This document shows, in pieces, positions 27,072-36,960 of a stretch of DNA of 64,000 nucleotides (position 1 is the stretch's first letter; every line of letters begins with the position of its first letter). The stretch is from Candidatus Binatia bacterium (lineage in GTDB: Bacteria > Desulfobacterota > Binatia > Bin18), in contig OY761159.2 in the NCBI GenBank assembly GCA_963664395.2, positions 1,440,001 to 1,504,000 of the forward strand, written 5' to 3'. The notes under the pieces were generated by a model. The model saw only the letters and a program-made list of their open reading frames with translations. It searched no databases and had not been told where the DNA came from. Both the position numbers and the translations under genes were made by a program.

Positions 27072-28025
27072 CTACCCTACCTCAGAAACATCCTCTTTGG
27101 ACTGAGCGGAGCCCTCTGTGGGCGGAAAGACCAGCGAGGCGACAATCGTAACGGTCAGGACCAGCGCGATTACGCCCAGGGAAAGGCCAATGGGAATATG
27201 ATACACGTCAACCAATACCATTTTGACGCCAACAAAGCTGAGCACCACGCCCAGGCCGTAGCGCAGATAGACAAACAGATCGAGCACACCGGCAACCAGG
27301 AAATATAACGCGCGTAAGCCCAAAATGGCCAGGACGTTTGAGGTGTAGACAATGAAGGGGTCGTCGGTGACAGCAAAAATGGCGGGAATCGAGTCAATCG
27401 CAAAGATCAGGTCCGTACTTTCTACAGAAACGAGGACGACTAAGAGGGGAGTGGCAAAGAGCTGACCCTGATGACGGACGAAGAAATGTTGGCCCTCGTA
27501 TTTGTCCGTGACCGGTATAAAACGCCGTAAGAGTTGAATCGCAGGATTATCCTCCGGATTGGATTCAGCGTCCTTAGAGGCAGCAATCTTGACGCCGGTG
27601 AAGATCAGGAAGGCCCCAAAGACATACATGACCCAGTGGAAATAGTGCAGCAGCGTCGCCCCGACGGCAATGAAAATACCGCGCATGACGAGCGCACCGA
27701 GAATCCCCCAGAACAGAATACGGTGCTGATACACCAGGGGAACGGAAAAGTAGGAGAAGATCAGCAAAAAGACAAAGATATTGTCAACGCTGAGCGATTT
27801 TTCAATCAAATAACCGGCAAGAAATTCCAAGGCCGGTTCAGACCCACTGGTGTAATAAATCCCGGCGTTAAAGACCAGGGACAGGCCGATCCAGACAAGA
27901 CTCCATATACCGGCCTCTTTGCGTGACACCTCGCGGGCTTCACGATGGAAAACCCCCAGGTCCAGAATCAGCAAGACGAGAACGATAGCAGTGAAACCGA
28001 CCCAGAGACCGATGCTGGATGACAT
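27072..28025 (-). CDS. TerC/Alx family metal-homeostasis membrane protein
   Basis: GYLIEKSLSVDNIFVF, QHRILFWGILGALVMR, DLIFAIDSIPAI, SNVLAILGLRALYF. Confidence 0.95.
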   Translation of the reverse strand: MSSSIGLWVGFTAIVLVLLILDLGVFHREAREVSRKEAGIWSLVWIGLSLVFNAGIYYTSGSEPALEFLAGYLIEKSLSVDNIFVFLLIFSYFSVPLVYQHRILFWGILGALVMRGIFIAVGATLLHYFHWVMYVFGAFLIFTGVKIAASKDAESNPEDNPAIQLLRRFIPVTDKYEGQHFFVRHQGQLFATPLLVVLVSVESTDLIFAIDSIPAIFAVTDDPFIVYTSNVLAILGLRALYFLVAGVLDLFVYLRYGLGVVLSFVGVKMVLVDVYHIPIGLSLGVIALVLTVTIVASLVFPPTEGSAQSKEDVSEVG

Positions 28026-28058
28026 GCGTACGCTCGTGAGTTTGGCGGTCTGCGGTGG

Positions 28059-28949
28059 TTACATTTCCCCGGTTAAATTCTGATAAATTTCCTGGTAGCG
28101 GGAGGCAGCCTGATCGATAATATCCTGCGGCAAATGCGGGGCGGGCGGTCTGCGGTCCCAGCCCAGGGAAATCAGATAATTACGAATAATCTGTTTGTCG
28201 TAGCTGTCCTGGGATTTACCGGGCTGGTAGCTTGCGATCCGCCAAAAGCGCGACGAGTCCGGCGTAAAGGCTTCATCAATAAGAATGAGTTGGCCGTCGC
28301 ACTGACCGAACTCGAATTTCGTATCCGCTAAGAAAAAGCCTTTGGTTTCCGCATAGGCGTGGGCGCTCTGGTACAGGGCCAAGCTAAGGTCCCGCACTTG
28401 AGCGGCCAGGTCCGAGCCAATTAAGCGTTCGACTTCCGCAAAGGCAATATTCTCGTCATGCGCGCCTTCCGGGGCCTTTGTTGAGGGCGTAAAAATAGGT
28501 TCCGGCAGCCGCTCACTCTCCCGTAATCCTTGGGGCAATGAGATACCACACACGGTTCCACTCGCACGATATTCCTGCCAACCGGACCCGGCTAAATACC
28601 CGCGGACTATACATTCTACGGGCAAGGGCTCAGCTTTTTTGACCAACATGGAGCGACCGGCCAGACTGTCACGAGCGGACTGAAAAACAGCCGGAAACGC
28701 ATCAACGTCAACAGCAATGAGATGGTGCGGCATAATGTCGGCTAAGCGCTCAAACCAAAAACGCGACACTTGGGTCAGGACCCGTCCCTTGCCTGATATG
28801 CCCTCGTGCAGTACGACATCGAAGGCCGAGACGCGGTCGGTTGCCACGATCAACAGATGTTCGTCGGTTTCGTAAATATCGCGGACTTTTCCGCGTCGGG
28901 GTGGCGGGAGTCCCTCTATACTCGTTGTTAATATAATGGGTTCACTCAT
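28059..28949 (-). CDS. purC: Phosphoribosylaminoimidazole-succinocarboxamide (SAICAR) synthase
   Basis: GKVRDIY, TDRVSAFD, ECIVRGYLAGSG, FTPSTKA, ADTKFEFG, TPDSSRFW, SYDKQ. Confidence 0.97.
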   Translation of the reverse strand: MSEPIILTTSIEGLPPPRRGKVRDIYETDEHLLIVATDRVSAFDVVLHEGISGKGRVLTQVSRFWFERLADIMPHHLIAVDVDAFPAVFQSARDSLAGRSMLVKKAEPLPVECIVRGYLAGSGWQEYRASGTVCGISLPQGLRESERLPEPIFTPSTKAPEGAHDENIAFAEVERLIGSDLAAQVRDLSLALYQSAHAYAETKGFFLADTKFEFGQCDGQLILIDEAFTPDSSRFWRIASYQPGKSQDSYDKQIIRNYLISLGWDRRPPAPHLPQDIIDQAASRYQEIYQNLTGEM

Positions 28950-29104
28950 GACCGTGTTTTCTCTCCCCTGGACAAATTCAATACTATCATAATGAACAAT
29001 GTCGCGATTCTAGCAGACTCACGATTCTTCTCTACCGGCCTCAGGCTCCAGCCATCCTTTTTCCTCCAGATAGCTCCACACCATTCGGATATCGGCATCA
29101 TATC

Positions 29105-30301
29105 TCAGATCACGCTAGCCTGCTTCAAGGCTGAGAGACGGTCTTCATCAAGCCCGAGTTCGTCACCATACACTTCGGCATTGTGCTCGCCCAGGAGGGG
29201 CGGACGGCGTGCAATGCGCCACGGCGTGGCGGTGAAGTGGATGGGACCGCCAGGGTATGGCAGCGTACGGCCTAACTCCGGATGCTCAATATCGGAGAAA
29301 AAGCCTCGGTCGTTCAACTGGGGATCATCTACCAAGGCTTCGGGCGGTCGGACCATGGCATACGGGATACGCCGGAGCTGGGCGCCTTCCATGAGTTCAG
29401 CCACACTGTAGTCTTTGGCCCAGTCATCGAGCATATCAAACAGGTGTTCGGCATGCTCTTTTCGATAGGTCAGATCTTCCCATTGCGGGTCTTCCAGGTC
29501 GTGTCCCTGTTCATCGCCCTTGACCCATTCGACCAGCGAGGTCCAGTCCCCAAGCGAGCAGTGCATGACATAGCCATCACGACATTCAGCCACGCGAAAA
29601 TAGCGACTCCAGTGCAGGCTGCCGCGGCGTTTCTCAATGCCCAGCCCCTGGTGATAAAACGGCGCCACATGTTCCACTGCCCCGGCGACGGCTTCCTGCA
29701 TGCTCACGTCTACCCACTGGCCTTCGCCTATGGCATCCCGCGCCCATAGGGCCGACAGCGTGCCGATCGCGGCAAAAAAAGAGGCGCTGTGGTAGGCTTG
29801 CAGGCCCATGCCCTGCAGCGGTGGCTCATCTGGAAAACCGTTGGTCCACAGCATGCCGCCAAGGGCCTCGGCCACCATGTCTGAGGAGCGGTACTCTTTA
29901 TATGGCCCAGTTTGGCCAAAGGGCGTAATGGAGGTGAACACCAGATTGGGCTGTACCTGCTTCAGATCCGCATAGCCCAAACCGAGCTGGGCGAGGGTCC
30001 CCGGTGCGGCTGATTCAACCAGAATGTCCGTCTTTGCGACCAGTTGTTTGAGAAGCTCCTGTCCGGCTTTCTGGTTCAGGTCAAGGGTAATGCCACGTTT
30101 GCTCGTATTATAGAACCAGAACAGCAGGCTCCGGTCACAGTGCGGTTTGCCGTCGAGAAATGGTCCAATGCGACGCATGGCGTCCCCATCTGGTGGCTCG
30201 ATCTTGATGACATCCGCCCCCATATCGCCAAAGAGTTTGGCGCACAGGGCGCCTTTGAGGTCGGTCAGGTCAAGAATCCGAAGTCCAGCCAAGGCAGTCA
30301 T
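29105..30301 (-). CDS. CaiB/BaiF CoA-transferase subunit, apparently lacking the catalytic Asp
   Basis: ALAGLRILDL, MGADVIKIEPP, NTSKRGITLDL, SITPFGQTGP, PLLGEHN; LQAYHSAS at the catalytic position. Confidence 0.9.
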   Translation of the reverse strand: MTALAGLRILDLTDLKGALCAKLFGDMGADVIKIEPPDGDAMRRIGPFLDGKPHCDRSLLFWFYNTSKRGITLDLNQKAGQELLKQLVAKTDILVESAAPGTLAQLGLGYADLKQVQPNLVFTSITPFGQTGPYKEYRSSDMVAEALGGMLWTNGFPDEPPLQGMGLQAYHSASFFAAIGTLSALWARDAIGEGQWVDVSMQEAVAGAVEHVAPFYHQGLGIEKRRGSLHWSRYFRVAECRDGYVMHCSLGDWTSLVEWVKGDEQGHDLEDPQWEDLTYRKEHAEHLFDMLDDWAKDYSVAELMEGAQLRRIPYAMVRPPEALVDDPQLNDRGFFSDIEHPELGRTLPYPGGPIHFTATPWRIARRPPLLGEHNAEVYGDELGLDEDRLSALKQASVI

Positions 30302-30323
30302 GCAGGAGCACTCCCTCTTCTTG

Positions 30324-31919
30324 CTACAATTTGACAAACACGTCTCTGGCCTCTTCGCTAGTCAGTTGGGAGACGCTCGTAATTCTATCGCTGAAAGGTG
30401 TGAGAGAACCAAGCGAACTGGTGCCAACGTCGATCAGAATTGAGAAGAGCGAGAAGCCGAGCGCGTTCTTTTGTGTGGCAAAGCGTTCGGCCCAGTCGGC
30501 GTGGACCCGGCATTCGCCGTCGGTAATAAACACGATATCACCGCGCTGAAAACGGGACTCCTGGATACACGCCAGGGCCGCGTCGAGAGGTTTTTCAAAA
30601 TCAGTCCCACCGCCAGGGAAGTATTCCGCCAGCTCCATGACCTTGTCCATTGCCGCTTCATGCCGCACACGAGCGTTGAGATCGACACTATACAGGGGAG
30701 CATCCGCAGACGAGAAACAAATCGCCCGAAACAGGCGCCGTTCGCGTCGGGCAATTTCAAGGAGCGTTAACGTCAGCGCTTTGGCCCAGATTTCTTTGTC
30801 ACCCAGCATGGAGGAGCTCCCGTCGAGACAGACGATAAGCGGGCCTTTGCCTTGCTCCTCCACCCCGCGCAAGTCGTACTGTAAGAGTTCGTTATCCACA
30901 AAGCGCCGGATAAAGTCTTTGCGGAGCAGCGGATGCCGGAGGCCTGCCAACTCGGACGGGAGTAAGCGACTCAACTCGGCACCAACCCCGACTTCAAAGA
31001 CCTCGTCATTGGTGCGTTCAAAGCTCTTCCGCCGCAAGGCGAGGGCATGGTGCTTCATCCGCCCGACCATCTTGGCCAACTTTTTCAGCTTGTCATTCCC
31101 AGCCAGACGCTTGCCCAGTTCAATCTGGCGGCCGGGTGAAGATTGGTGGCCCCCACCAACGACCATGCCCCATGACTCGGCCTCCTGGGTCGCGTCGTCG
31201 AGATTTTGCGCAACCGTAATCGCTTCTTTGAGAAAACGATTGTGGGTCTCCGTGTGTACCCGGGACAGGTCTTGGTCGAGCTGTTTGGCCAGGCGTCGCA
31301 GCCGGGTGTCTTCGGCCCGCGCCTGGCTGGCCATACGCTCGGCCGTTTGTTCGAGCAGCGCTTTGACTTCTTGTGAGATATCCTCCGCAGTATCCGCTTG
31401 TTCAGCCAGGTCTTTTGCATTCCGGGCTTCGTCGATGCGTTCCTGTACCAGCGCTTCTTGCTTCTCTACGTTCCAGACATCAAGCAAGTCGCGCCGGGTC
31501 AGTGGCTTTTCAGATTTCAGCACGCGGAGGGCACCTTCGCCCAAGAGCACGGTGGCCAGTCCGGCCTGCCCCTCATCCAGGACGGTGGCTTCTCGCAGCA
31601 GGTTCGCCAACTCGCCGGTATGCAGCGCGGTGAGTAATTCTCGGTTCACGGCTGCGCTGGGGAGCACGTTGTCAGCCTTGAAAAAGACGACATTATATTT
31701 GAACAGCGCACAAAAAAGATCGCGCAGGAGCGCCTCAAAGTGAGGCAGGAGAGGCGCGCCGCTTTCTTCCAAGGTACGTAAAGAGGGGGATGCAGCGCGG
31801 AGCTTCTGATAGACCGCCCGGTCATACGAGTCGCTCTCAACCCAGGATACATTATCTGGAAGCGGCTCCGGTGGAGGGAGGGCGAATGTGGATTTTTTCT
31901 TGGCGCGCCGGCGCGGCAT
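30324..31919 (-). CDS. ViaA-like von Willebrand factor A domain protein
   Basis: SRLLPSEL, GKGPLIVCLDGSSSM (MIDAS), GGTDFEKPL, DIVFITDG. Confidence 0.9.
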   Translation of the reverse strand: MPRRRAKKKSTFALPPPEPLPDNVSWVESDSYDRAVYQKLRAASPSLRTLEESGAPLLPHFEALLRDLFCALFKYNVVFFKADNVLPSAAVNRELLTALHTGELANLLREATVLDEGQAGLATVLLGEGALRVLKSEKPLTRRDLLDVWNVEKQEALVQERIDEARNAKDLAEQADTAEDISQEVKALLEQTAERMASQARAEDTRLRRLAKQLDQDLSRVHTETHNRFLKEAITVAQNLDDATQEAESWGMVVGGGHQSSPGRQIELGKRLAGNDKLKKLAKMVGRMKHHALALRRKSFERTNDEVFEVGVGAELSRLLPSELAGLRHPLLRKDFIRRFVDNELLQYDLRGVEEQGKGPLIVCLDGSSSMLGDKEIWAKALTLTLLEIARRERRLFRAICFSSADAPLYSVDLNARVRHEAAMDKVMELAEYFPGGGTDFEKPLDAALACIQESRFQRGDIVFITDGECRVHADWAERFATQKNALGFSLFSILIDVGTSSLGSLTPFSDRITSVSQLTSEEARDVFVKL

Positions 31920-31948
31920 AGTGATCCTATGGTGATATTGCGGACGTC

Positions 31949-33070
31949 TCAGAGCCTTTCCAATAACTGGCCCTGAATGGCTTGAATCTCCCGTTTCGCA
32001 CTTTCAACCTTCTCGACTGCGCGCCCGACCTCCCGGACGTGTTGGTGGATTTCCTCCACCTTGGTCAGAATATGCCGAATCTTGGTATGCGCTTCGATAA
32101 CGGCCCGGGCGCGCTGTTCGGCATCGTCCCAGGACCGCTCGGCATAGTCGCGCAACTCCCTGGTCTGAAACAGGAGCTCTTGGACCTCGTCCTCATAGCC
32201 ATGAATCAGACCATGGATAACAGTATGCACGGCGGGCTGCTCTGACGGCTCCTTCCATAAAACGTGTTCGAGAAAGAAGACATCAGTTTCGGTGACGATA
32301 TGGCGTCCATCCAAACAGGCCACGGCTTGCATCAGACCGACACTTTGGCGGTAGCGACGGTCAGACGCGAGAATATCTTTTGTCCGCAGCTCTCGGCGCA
32401 CCTCAGCCATGATCCCAAGAACCGCGTCAGGGACGGTAACGGCTTGGGCCTCGGTCTGCAACTGGCGCAACTCGTCGAGGGTCAGCGTCGTTCGTTCAGC
32501 CGGTCGCCGCGCCTGGAGCATGTGCAGAAAGCGAAAGTCCTCCTGGATATAATCCACGGCGAAGCGCAGCAGGAAACGGTCGTACAGCGCGACGAGTTCA
32601 TCGTCCTCGGGGAGTTCATTGCTGGCCCCGAAGAGCGTCAGGAGCGGCACCGCCGCCGCCTCTTTGCCGTTGTGAAAGACCCGCTCGTTGATAATGCTGA
32701 GGATCGCGTTCAATATCGATGAACTGGACTTGAAGACCTCGTCCAAAAAAGCGATGTGCGCCTCGGGCAGTTTGTGATCCGTGACCCGGCGGTAGTCGTC
32801 GGCTTCGAGCGCTTTGAGGCTGACCGCTCCAAAGAGTTCTTCCGGCGTCGTGAATTTCGTCAACAACCACTGGAAATAGTGCGCGCCGGTAATACGCCGA
32901 CACAGCTCATCCGCCAGCATCGACTTGGCCGTCCCCGGAGGGCCGATAATAAGGACGTGCTGCGAGGCTAACAAGGCTGCGAGCGCACCGTCTATGAGGG
33001 CTTGGCGTTCGAGAAAACTATGTTGGAGCTCTGCGCGTATTTTTTGCAGTTTTTCTTGCGGAGTCACCAA
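31949..33070 (-). CDS. RavA-like MoxR AAA+ ATPase
   Basis: GPPGTAKS, LLTKFTTPEELFG, FLDEVFKSSSSILN, GASNELP, LYDRFLLR, SDRR. Confidence 0.93.
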   Translation of the reverse strand: MVTPQEKLQKIRAELQHSFLERQALIDGALAALLASQHVLIIGPPGTAKSMLADELCRRITGAHYFQWLLTKFTTPEELFGAVSLKALEADDYRRVTDHKLPEAHIAFLDEVFKSSSSILNAILSIINERVFHNGKEAAAVPLLTLFGASNELPEDDELVALYDRFLLRFAVDYIQEDFRFLHMLQARRPAERTTLTLDELRQLQTEAQAVTVPDAVLGIMAEVRRELRTKDILASDRRYRQSVGLMQAVACLDGRHIVTETDVFFLEHVLWKEPSEQPAVHTVIHGLIHGYEDEVQELLFQTRELRDYAERSWDDAEQRARAVIEAHTKIRHILTKVEEIHQHVREVGRAVEKVESAKREIQAIQGQLLERL

Positions 33071-33236
33071 TATTATCCTTCACATCTCTATGGATAAGAC
33101 AAACTATCAGATAGGCAGGAGTGCGACAATTTGGCTCTGACGCACCTTTTCACAGGCATATACCTCTAGCATCCCTATAGATAGATCGTTTATAACAATC
33201 CCCGACGATACTCTTCATTCTCGTAAGGAGGGAAGC

Positions 33237-34448
33237 ATGGCATTAGCTCTGGATGGCATAAAAGTTCTGGAACTCACTCGGGTCGGGCCAGGTGCATTCT
33301 GTACCATGATGTTGGCGGACATGGGCGCTGAGGTGTTGAAAATCGAGCCGCCCCCAACTGGAAAGCTGGCCGGCTCGGGAGCATCACCCAAGCTGGATGA
33401 GGCGCGTAAACTTGCCACCAGCTTTACGAATCGGAACAAAAAGAGTCTCACCCTGAATTTGAAAGACCCGGCCGGGCAGGACATCTTGCACACCTTAGCC
33501 AAGGAGTACGACGTATTGGTCGAAGGCTTCCGGCCTGGCGTGATGCAGCGGCTGGGCGGTGACTATGAGACTCTGCGGGCAATCAACCCCGGCATCGTCT
33601 ACTGCTCTTTGAGCGGCTATGGCCAAGACGGCCCGTACCGGAATTTCCCGGCCCACGACCTGAATTATCTCTCTTTGAGCGGTGTCCTGGACCTGATTGG
33701 ACCAGCCGAGGGGCCGCCCTCCATTCCGCTGAATATTATTGCCGACTATGCCGGCGCCTCCATGCACGGCGCCTTAGGTATCATGTTTGCCCTGTTTGCC
33801 AGACAACAGACCGGCCAGGGTCAGTTGGTTGATATCTCCTATCTGGACACCACGATTTCACTGCTGGCGGCCACGCCGAATGTCCGTGATTATTTTGCCG
33901 ACGGGATCATGCCGGGCCGGGCCAAGGGGGTCTTTGGCGGCGGGTATGCCTATTACAGTGTGTATCAGACCAAAGACGGCAAACAGCTCTCCATCGGCTG
34001 TACCGAGCCCTGGCTGTGGAATAATGTCTGTGACGCGCTGGACCGCCCGGATTGGAAGGACTGCGGCATGAAGATGGGAGATTTCTCCCAGCACTCAACC
34101 GAACGACATCAGCAGGTGAAAAGAGAATTCCAAGAAATTCTCCTCACCAAAACACGCGACGAGTGGTACGATTTTTTCACGCAAGCCGATGTGTGTGTCG
34201 GAAAAGTCTACGCTGTGCCTGAAGTCTTTGAAGACCCACAAGTGAGGCATCGCCAGATGGCGGTTGAGCTCGATCACCCCCAAGCCGGAAAAGTGACCCA
34301 GGCCGGTGTGGCCATCAAGCTGTCGGAGACACCGGGCTCGATCCGTTCCTTTGCACCCGCGCTCGGGCAGCATACGGACGAAGTCCTGGGCGACGTGGGC
34401 CTGAGCACAGAGAAAATTGCACAGCTACGCGAGAAACACGTGGTGTAG
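33237..34448 (+). CDS. CaiB/BaiF CoA-transferase / alpha-methylacyl-CoA racemase-like protein
   Basis: NRNKKSL, EGFRPGVM.RLG, HDLNY and ADYAG motifs (His/Asp pair as in Mcr/AMACR). Confidence 0.92.
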   Translation: MALALDGIKVLELTRVGPGAFCTMMLADMGAEVLKIEPPPTGKLAGSGASPKLDEARKLATSFTNRNKKSLTLNLKDPAGQDILHTLAKEYDVLVEGFRPGVMQRLGGDYETLRAINPGIVYCSLSGYGQDGPYRNFPAHDLNYLSLSGVLDLIGPAEGPPSIPLNIIADYAGASMHGALGIMFALFARQQTGQGQLVDISYLDTTISLLAATPNVRDYFADGIMPGRAKGVFGGGYAYYSVYQTKDGKQLSIGCTEPWLWNNVCDALDRPDWKDCGMKMGDFSQHSTERHQQVKREFQEILLTKTRDEWYDFFTQADVCVGKVYAVPEVFEDPQVRHRQMAVELDHPQAGKVTQAGVAIKLSETPGSIRSFAPALGQHTDEVLGDVGLSTEKIAQLREKHVV

Positions 34449-34453
34449 AACCA

Positions 34454-34484
34454 GGGGATTGGGGGCTGGACTTCCCCAATCCCC
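34454..34484. terminator. Stem-loop built from CCCCAAT heptamers downstream of the CoA-transferase
   Basis: GGGGATTGGGG, 9-nt loop, CCCCAATCCCC, followed by aatccctttt. Confidence 0.55.
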
Positions 34485-34497
34485 AATCCCTTTTCCC

Positions 34498-35859
34498 ATG
34501 CGCTTGTCATTCGACCTTGGGACGCTTGTGCTCTACGACCCGCCCGAAGGGTTTATCCCTCCTGCCTGCTTTCAGTGGGATGGCCGGGTCGATCGTTGGC
34601 GGACCCAGGCTCATCACTATCGCCAGGTAGTTGAGACCTTGAGGCGGCACGACAGCGCCTATACGAACGCCGCGCCAGCTTACCGCACACTGACCCTGTC
34701 CAGCCGTTTGACCCAAGCGCCGCGGCCGTTTCAGAGCGACGCGCTTGAGGCCTGGGCCAACGCGGGACGGCGCGGCACGGTCATTCTGCCGACCGGCGCC
34801 GGGAAGAGCTATGTCGGCCAAAAGGCTATAGAAATTGTCCAGCGAAGCACTCTCGTTGTTGCACCAACTATCGATCTCATGAACCAGTGGTACGACCTGC
34901 TGTGCGCGGCGTTTGGTGAAACCATCGGGCTTATTGGCGGGGGATATTATGAAATTGAAGACCTGACCGTTACCACCTATAGCAGCGCGTATCGGCATAT
35001 GGACCGGCTGGGCAACCGGTGGGGCCTCGTCATATTTGACGAATGCCATCACCTGCCGGGCGCAACGTATAGCCATGCCGCGGAAATGTGCCTCGCGCCT
35101 TACCGCTTAGGCTTAACGGCGACGCCGGAACGGGCCGACGGGCGTGAGGCGCTGCTCGATACCCTCATTGGCCCGCAGGTGTATGCCCAAGGGATTACCG
35201 AGCTGGCCGGGGAGTATTTGGCCGACTACGTCGTTGAACGCCTCAAAGTTACGCTCACGCCGGAGGAGGAAGAGGAATACCGTCAGGCCCGTAGTACGTT
35301 CTATGATTTTATAGTGGACCACGGCATCGTCCTGGACGGCTTAGCTGGCTGGCACCGCTTTATTCGTGAGAGCGCGACGAGTCGGAAGGGTCGGAGTGCC
35401 TTGCTCGCCCACCAGCGGGCAAAAAAACTGGCGTTGGGAACCCACGCCAAGCTGCGCACCCTTGATTTCCTGCTGAAAAAACACGCCCGTGACCTGACCC
35501 TTATTTTCACCAGTGATAATGATACGGTCCACGCGATCTCCGCTGCGTTTTTGATTCCAGCCCTCACCCACCAAACGCCGACCAAGGAACGCAAAGCCAT
35601 ACTCGAAGCGTTTAACCACGGGGAGTATCTGGCCCTGGCCACGTCAAAAGTGTTGAACGAAGGCGTGAATATCCCGGAAGCCAGTGTCGCCATTATTCTG
35701 TCCGGTTCCGGCTCAACCCGCGAGCACGTGCAACGTCTGGGCCGGATTCTGCGCAAACGGGAAGGTAAGCAGGCGATTTTGTACGAAGTCGTTACCGCGG
35801 GAACGGTGGAAGAACGCATCAGTGAGCGGCGACGTCAACACGCTGCCTATCAAGTCTGA
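34498..35859 (+). CDS. XPB/Rad25(Ssl2)-like superfamily II helicase
   Basis: PRPFQ, LPTGAGKS, IFDECHHLP, LGLTATPER, VLNEGVNIP, QRLGRILR. Confidence 0.93.
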   Translation: MRLSFDLGTLVLYDPPEGFIPPACFQWDGRVDRWRTQAHHYRQVVETLRRHDSAYTNAAPAYRTLTLSSRLTQAPRPFQSDALEAWANAGRRGTVILPTGAGKSYVGQKAIEIVQRSTLVVAPTIDLMNQWYDLLCAAFGETIGLIGGGYYEIEDLTVTTYSSAYRHMDRLGNRWGLVIFDECHHLPGATYSHAAEMCLAPYRLGLTATPERADGREALLDTLIGPQVYAQGITELAGEYLADYVVERLKVTLTPEEEEEYRQARSTFYDFIVDHGIVLDGLAGWHRFIRESATSRKGRSALLAHQRAKKLALGTHAKLRTLDFLLKKHARDLTLIFTSDNDTVHAISAAFLIPALTHQTPTKERKAILEAFNHGEYLALATSKVLNEGVNIPEASVAIILSGSGSTREHVQRLGRILRKREGKQAILYEVVTAGTVEERISERRRQHAAYQV

Positions 35860-35900
35860 AAAACGGGCAAGGCTGAAAAAACGGAGAAGAGAGAAACGTA

Positions 35901-36950
35901 ATGGTTCAGGAAAACAGCTCGCTCATTCACCTACCGAATCTTATTGGTTTTCTGCGTGACAGACTCTCCCTGACGGAGGGCGACATCAGGATAGAAAGAC
36001 ACCAAGCCGGCTACTCAAACGAAACGTTTTTTGTCTCCTGGGGAGACAAACGCTGGGTCCTGCGGCGTCCGCCGAGCGGCGACCTGCTGCCGACCGCCCA
36101 CGATATGCTGCGCGAATACCGGGTGCTGTCGGCCCTGTCCGGCTTTGACGTGCGGACTCCACAGCCGGTGATTGCGTGTGAAGATCGGGACGTTCTCGGC
36201 GTTCCCTTTTATCTGATGCAGCGTGTGGACGGCGTAGTCATCCGTGAAACGCTCCCGGAAGTTTTTGATGAGCAGGAAGAGCGCCAACGACTCGGAGAAG
36301 AATTAATTGACGCCCTCGCCGAACTCCACGCCGTGCACTGGCAGGGCACGGACCTCGAAGGCATCGGCCGGCCGCAGGGCTATCTTGAGCGCCAACTCAA
36401 ACGCTGGACCAAACAGTGTGCGCTGACCGTGCCGCATACCCGGCCATTGCCCAGCCTCAAGGAAGTCGGCGACTGGCTGCAACAGCGGCTGCCGCCGGCG
36501 AGCGAAGCCACGCTTGTGCATGGGGATTATAAGGTCGATAACGTGATGTTTCGGGCATCCGCCCCGGCCCGCCTGGTCGCCATATTCGACTGGGAAATGG
36601 CGACCCTCGGCGACCCGCTGACCGACCTCGGTTGGCTGCTCAGCTTCTGGGGACCCACCGGTGATGAGCGAGACACCCCGGACCTGATTGACAGCAATGC
36701 CATGACCCAGTTGCCGGGCTTTTTATCCCGCGAAGAGATGGCCGCGCGCTATGCGCAGCGAACCGGCCGGACCATGGAGCACTTTCCCTTCTATCGCTGC
36801 CTCGCAGTCTGGAAGTATGCCATCATTCTGGAGGGCCTGTATCGGCACTATCTCGAAGGAACCGCGGCCAATCCGAAAGCCGCCGAGTTTGCGTGGAAGG
36901 TGCCTCAGCTCGTGCAGCGCGCCCAGCGGATTATGGCCGAGGCCGGCTGA
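35901..36950 (+). CDS. APH-family phosphotransferase (ACAD10/11 N-terminal-like)
   Basis: GYSNET, VLRRPP, AHDMLREY, HGDYKVDN, FDWEMATLGDPLTDLG. Confidence 0.92.
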   Translation: MVQENSSLIHLPNLIGFLRDRLSLTEGDIRIERHQAGYSNETFFVSWGDKRWVLRRPPSGDLLPTAHDMLREYRVLSALSGFDVRTPQPVIACEDRDVLGVPFYLMQRVDGVVIRETLPEVFDEQEERQRLGEELIDALAELHAVHWQGTDLEGIGRPQGYLERQLKRWTKQCALTVPHTRPLPSLKEVGDWLQQRLPPASEATLVHGDYKVDNVMFRASAPARLVAIFDWEMATLGDPLTDLGWLLSFWGPTGDERDTPDLIDSNAMTQLPGFLSREEMAARYAQRTGRTMEHFPFYRCLAVWKYAIILEGLYRHYLEGTAANPKAAEFAWKVPQLVQRAQRIMAEAG

Positions 36951-36960
36951 CCCCTTACAG

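Noticed and set aside
30637-31743. Long antisense ORFs (also 6684-7505, 53334-54074, 54651-55427, 62704-63576)
   Set aside because: They lie opposite well-supported genes, have no motifs, and are expected shadows of GC-biased codon usage.
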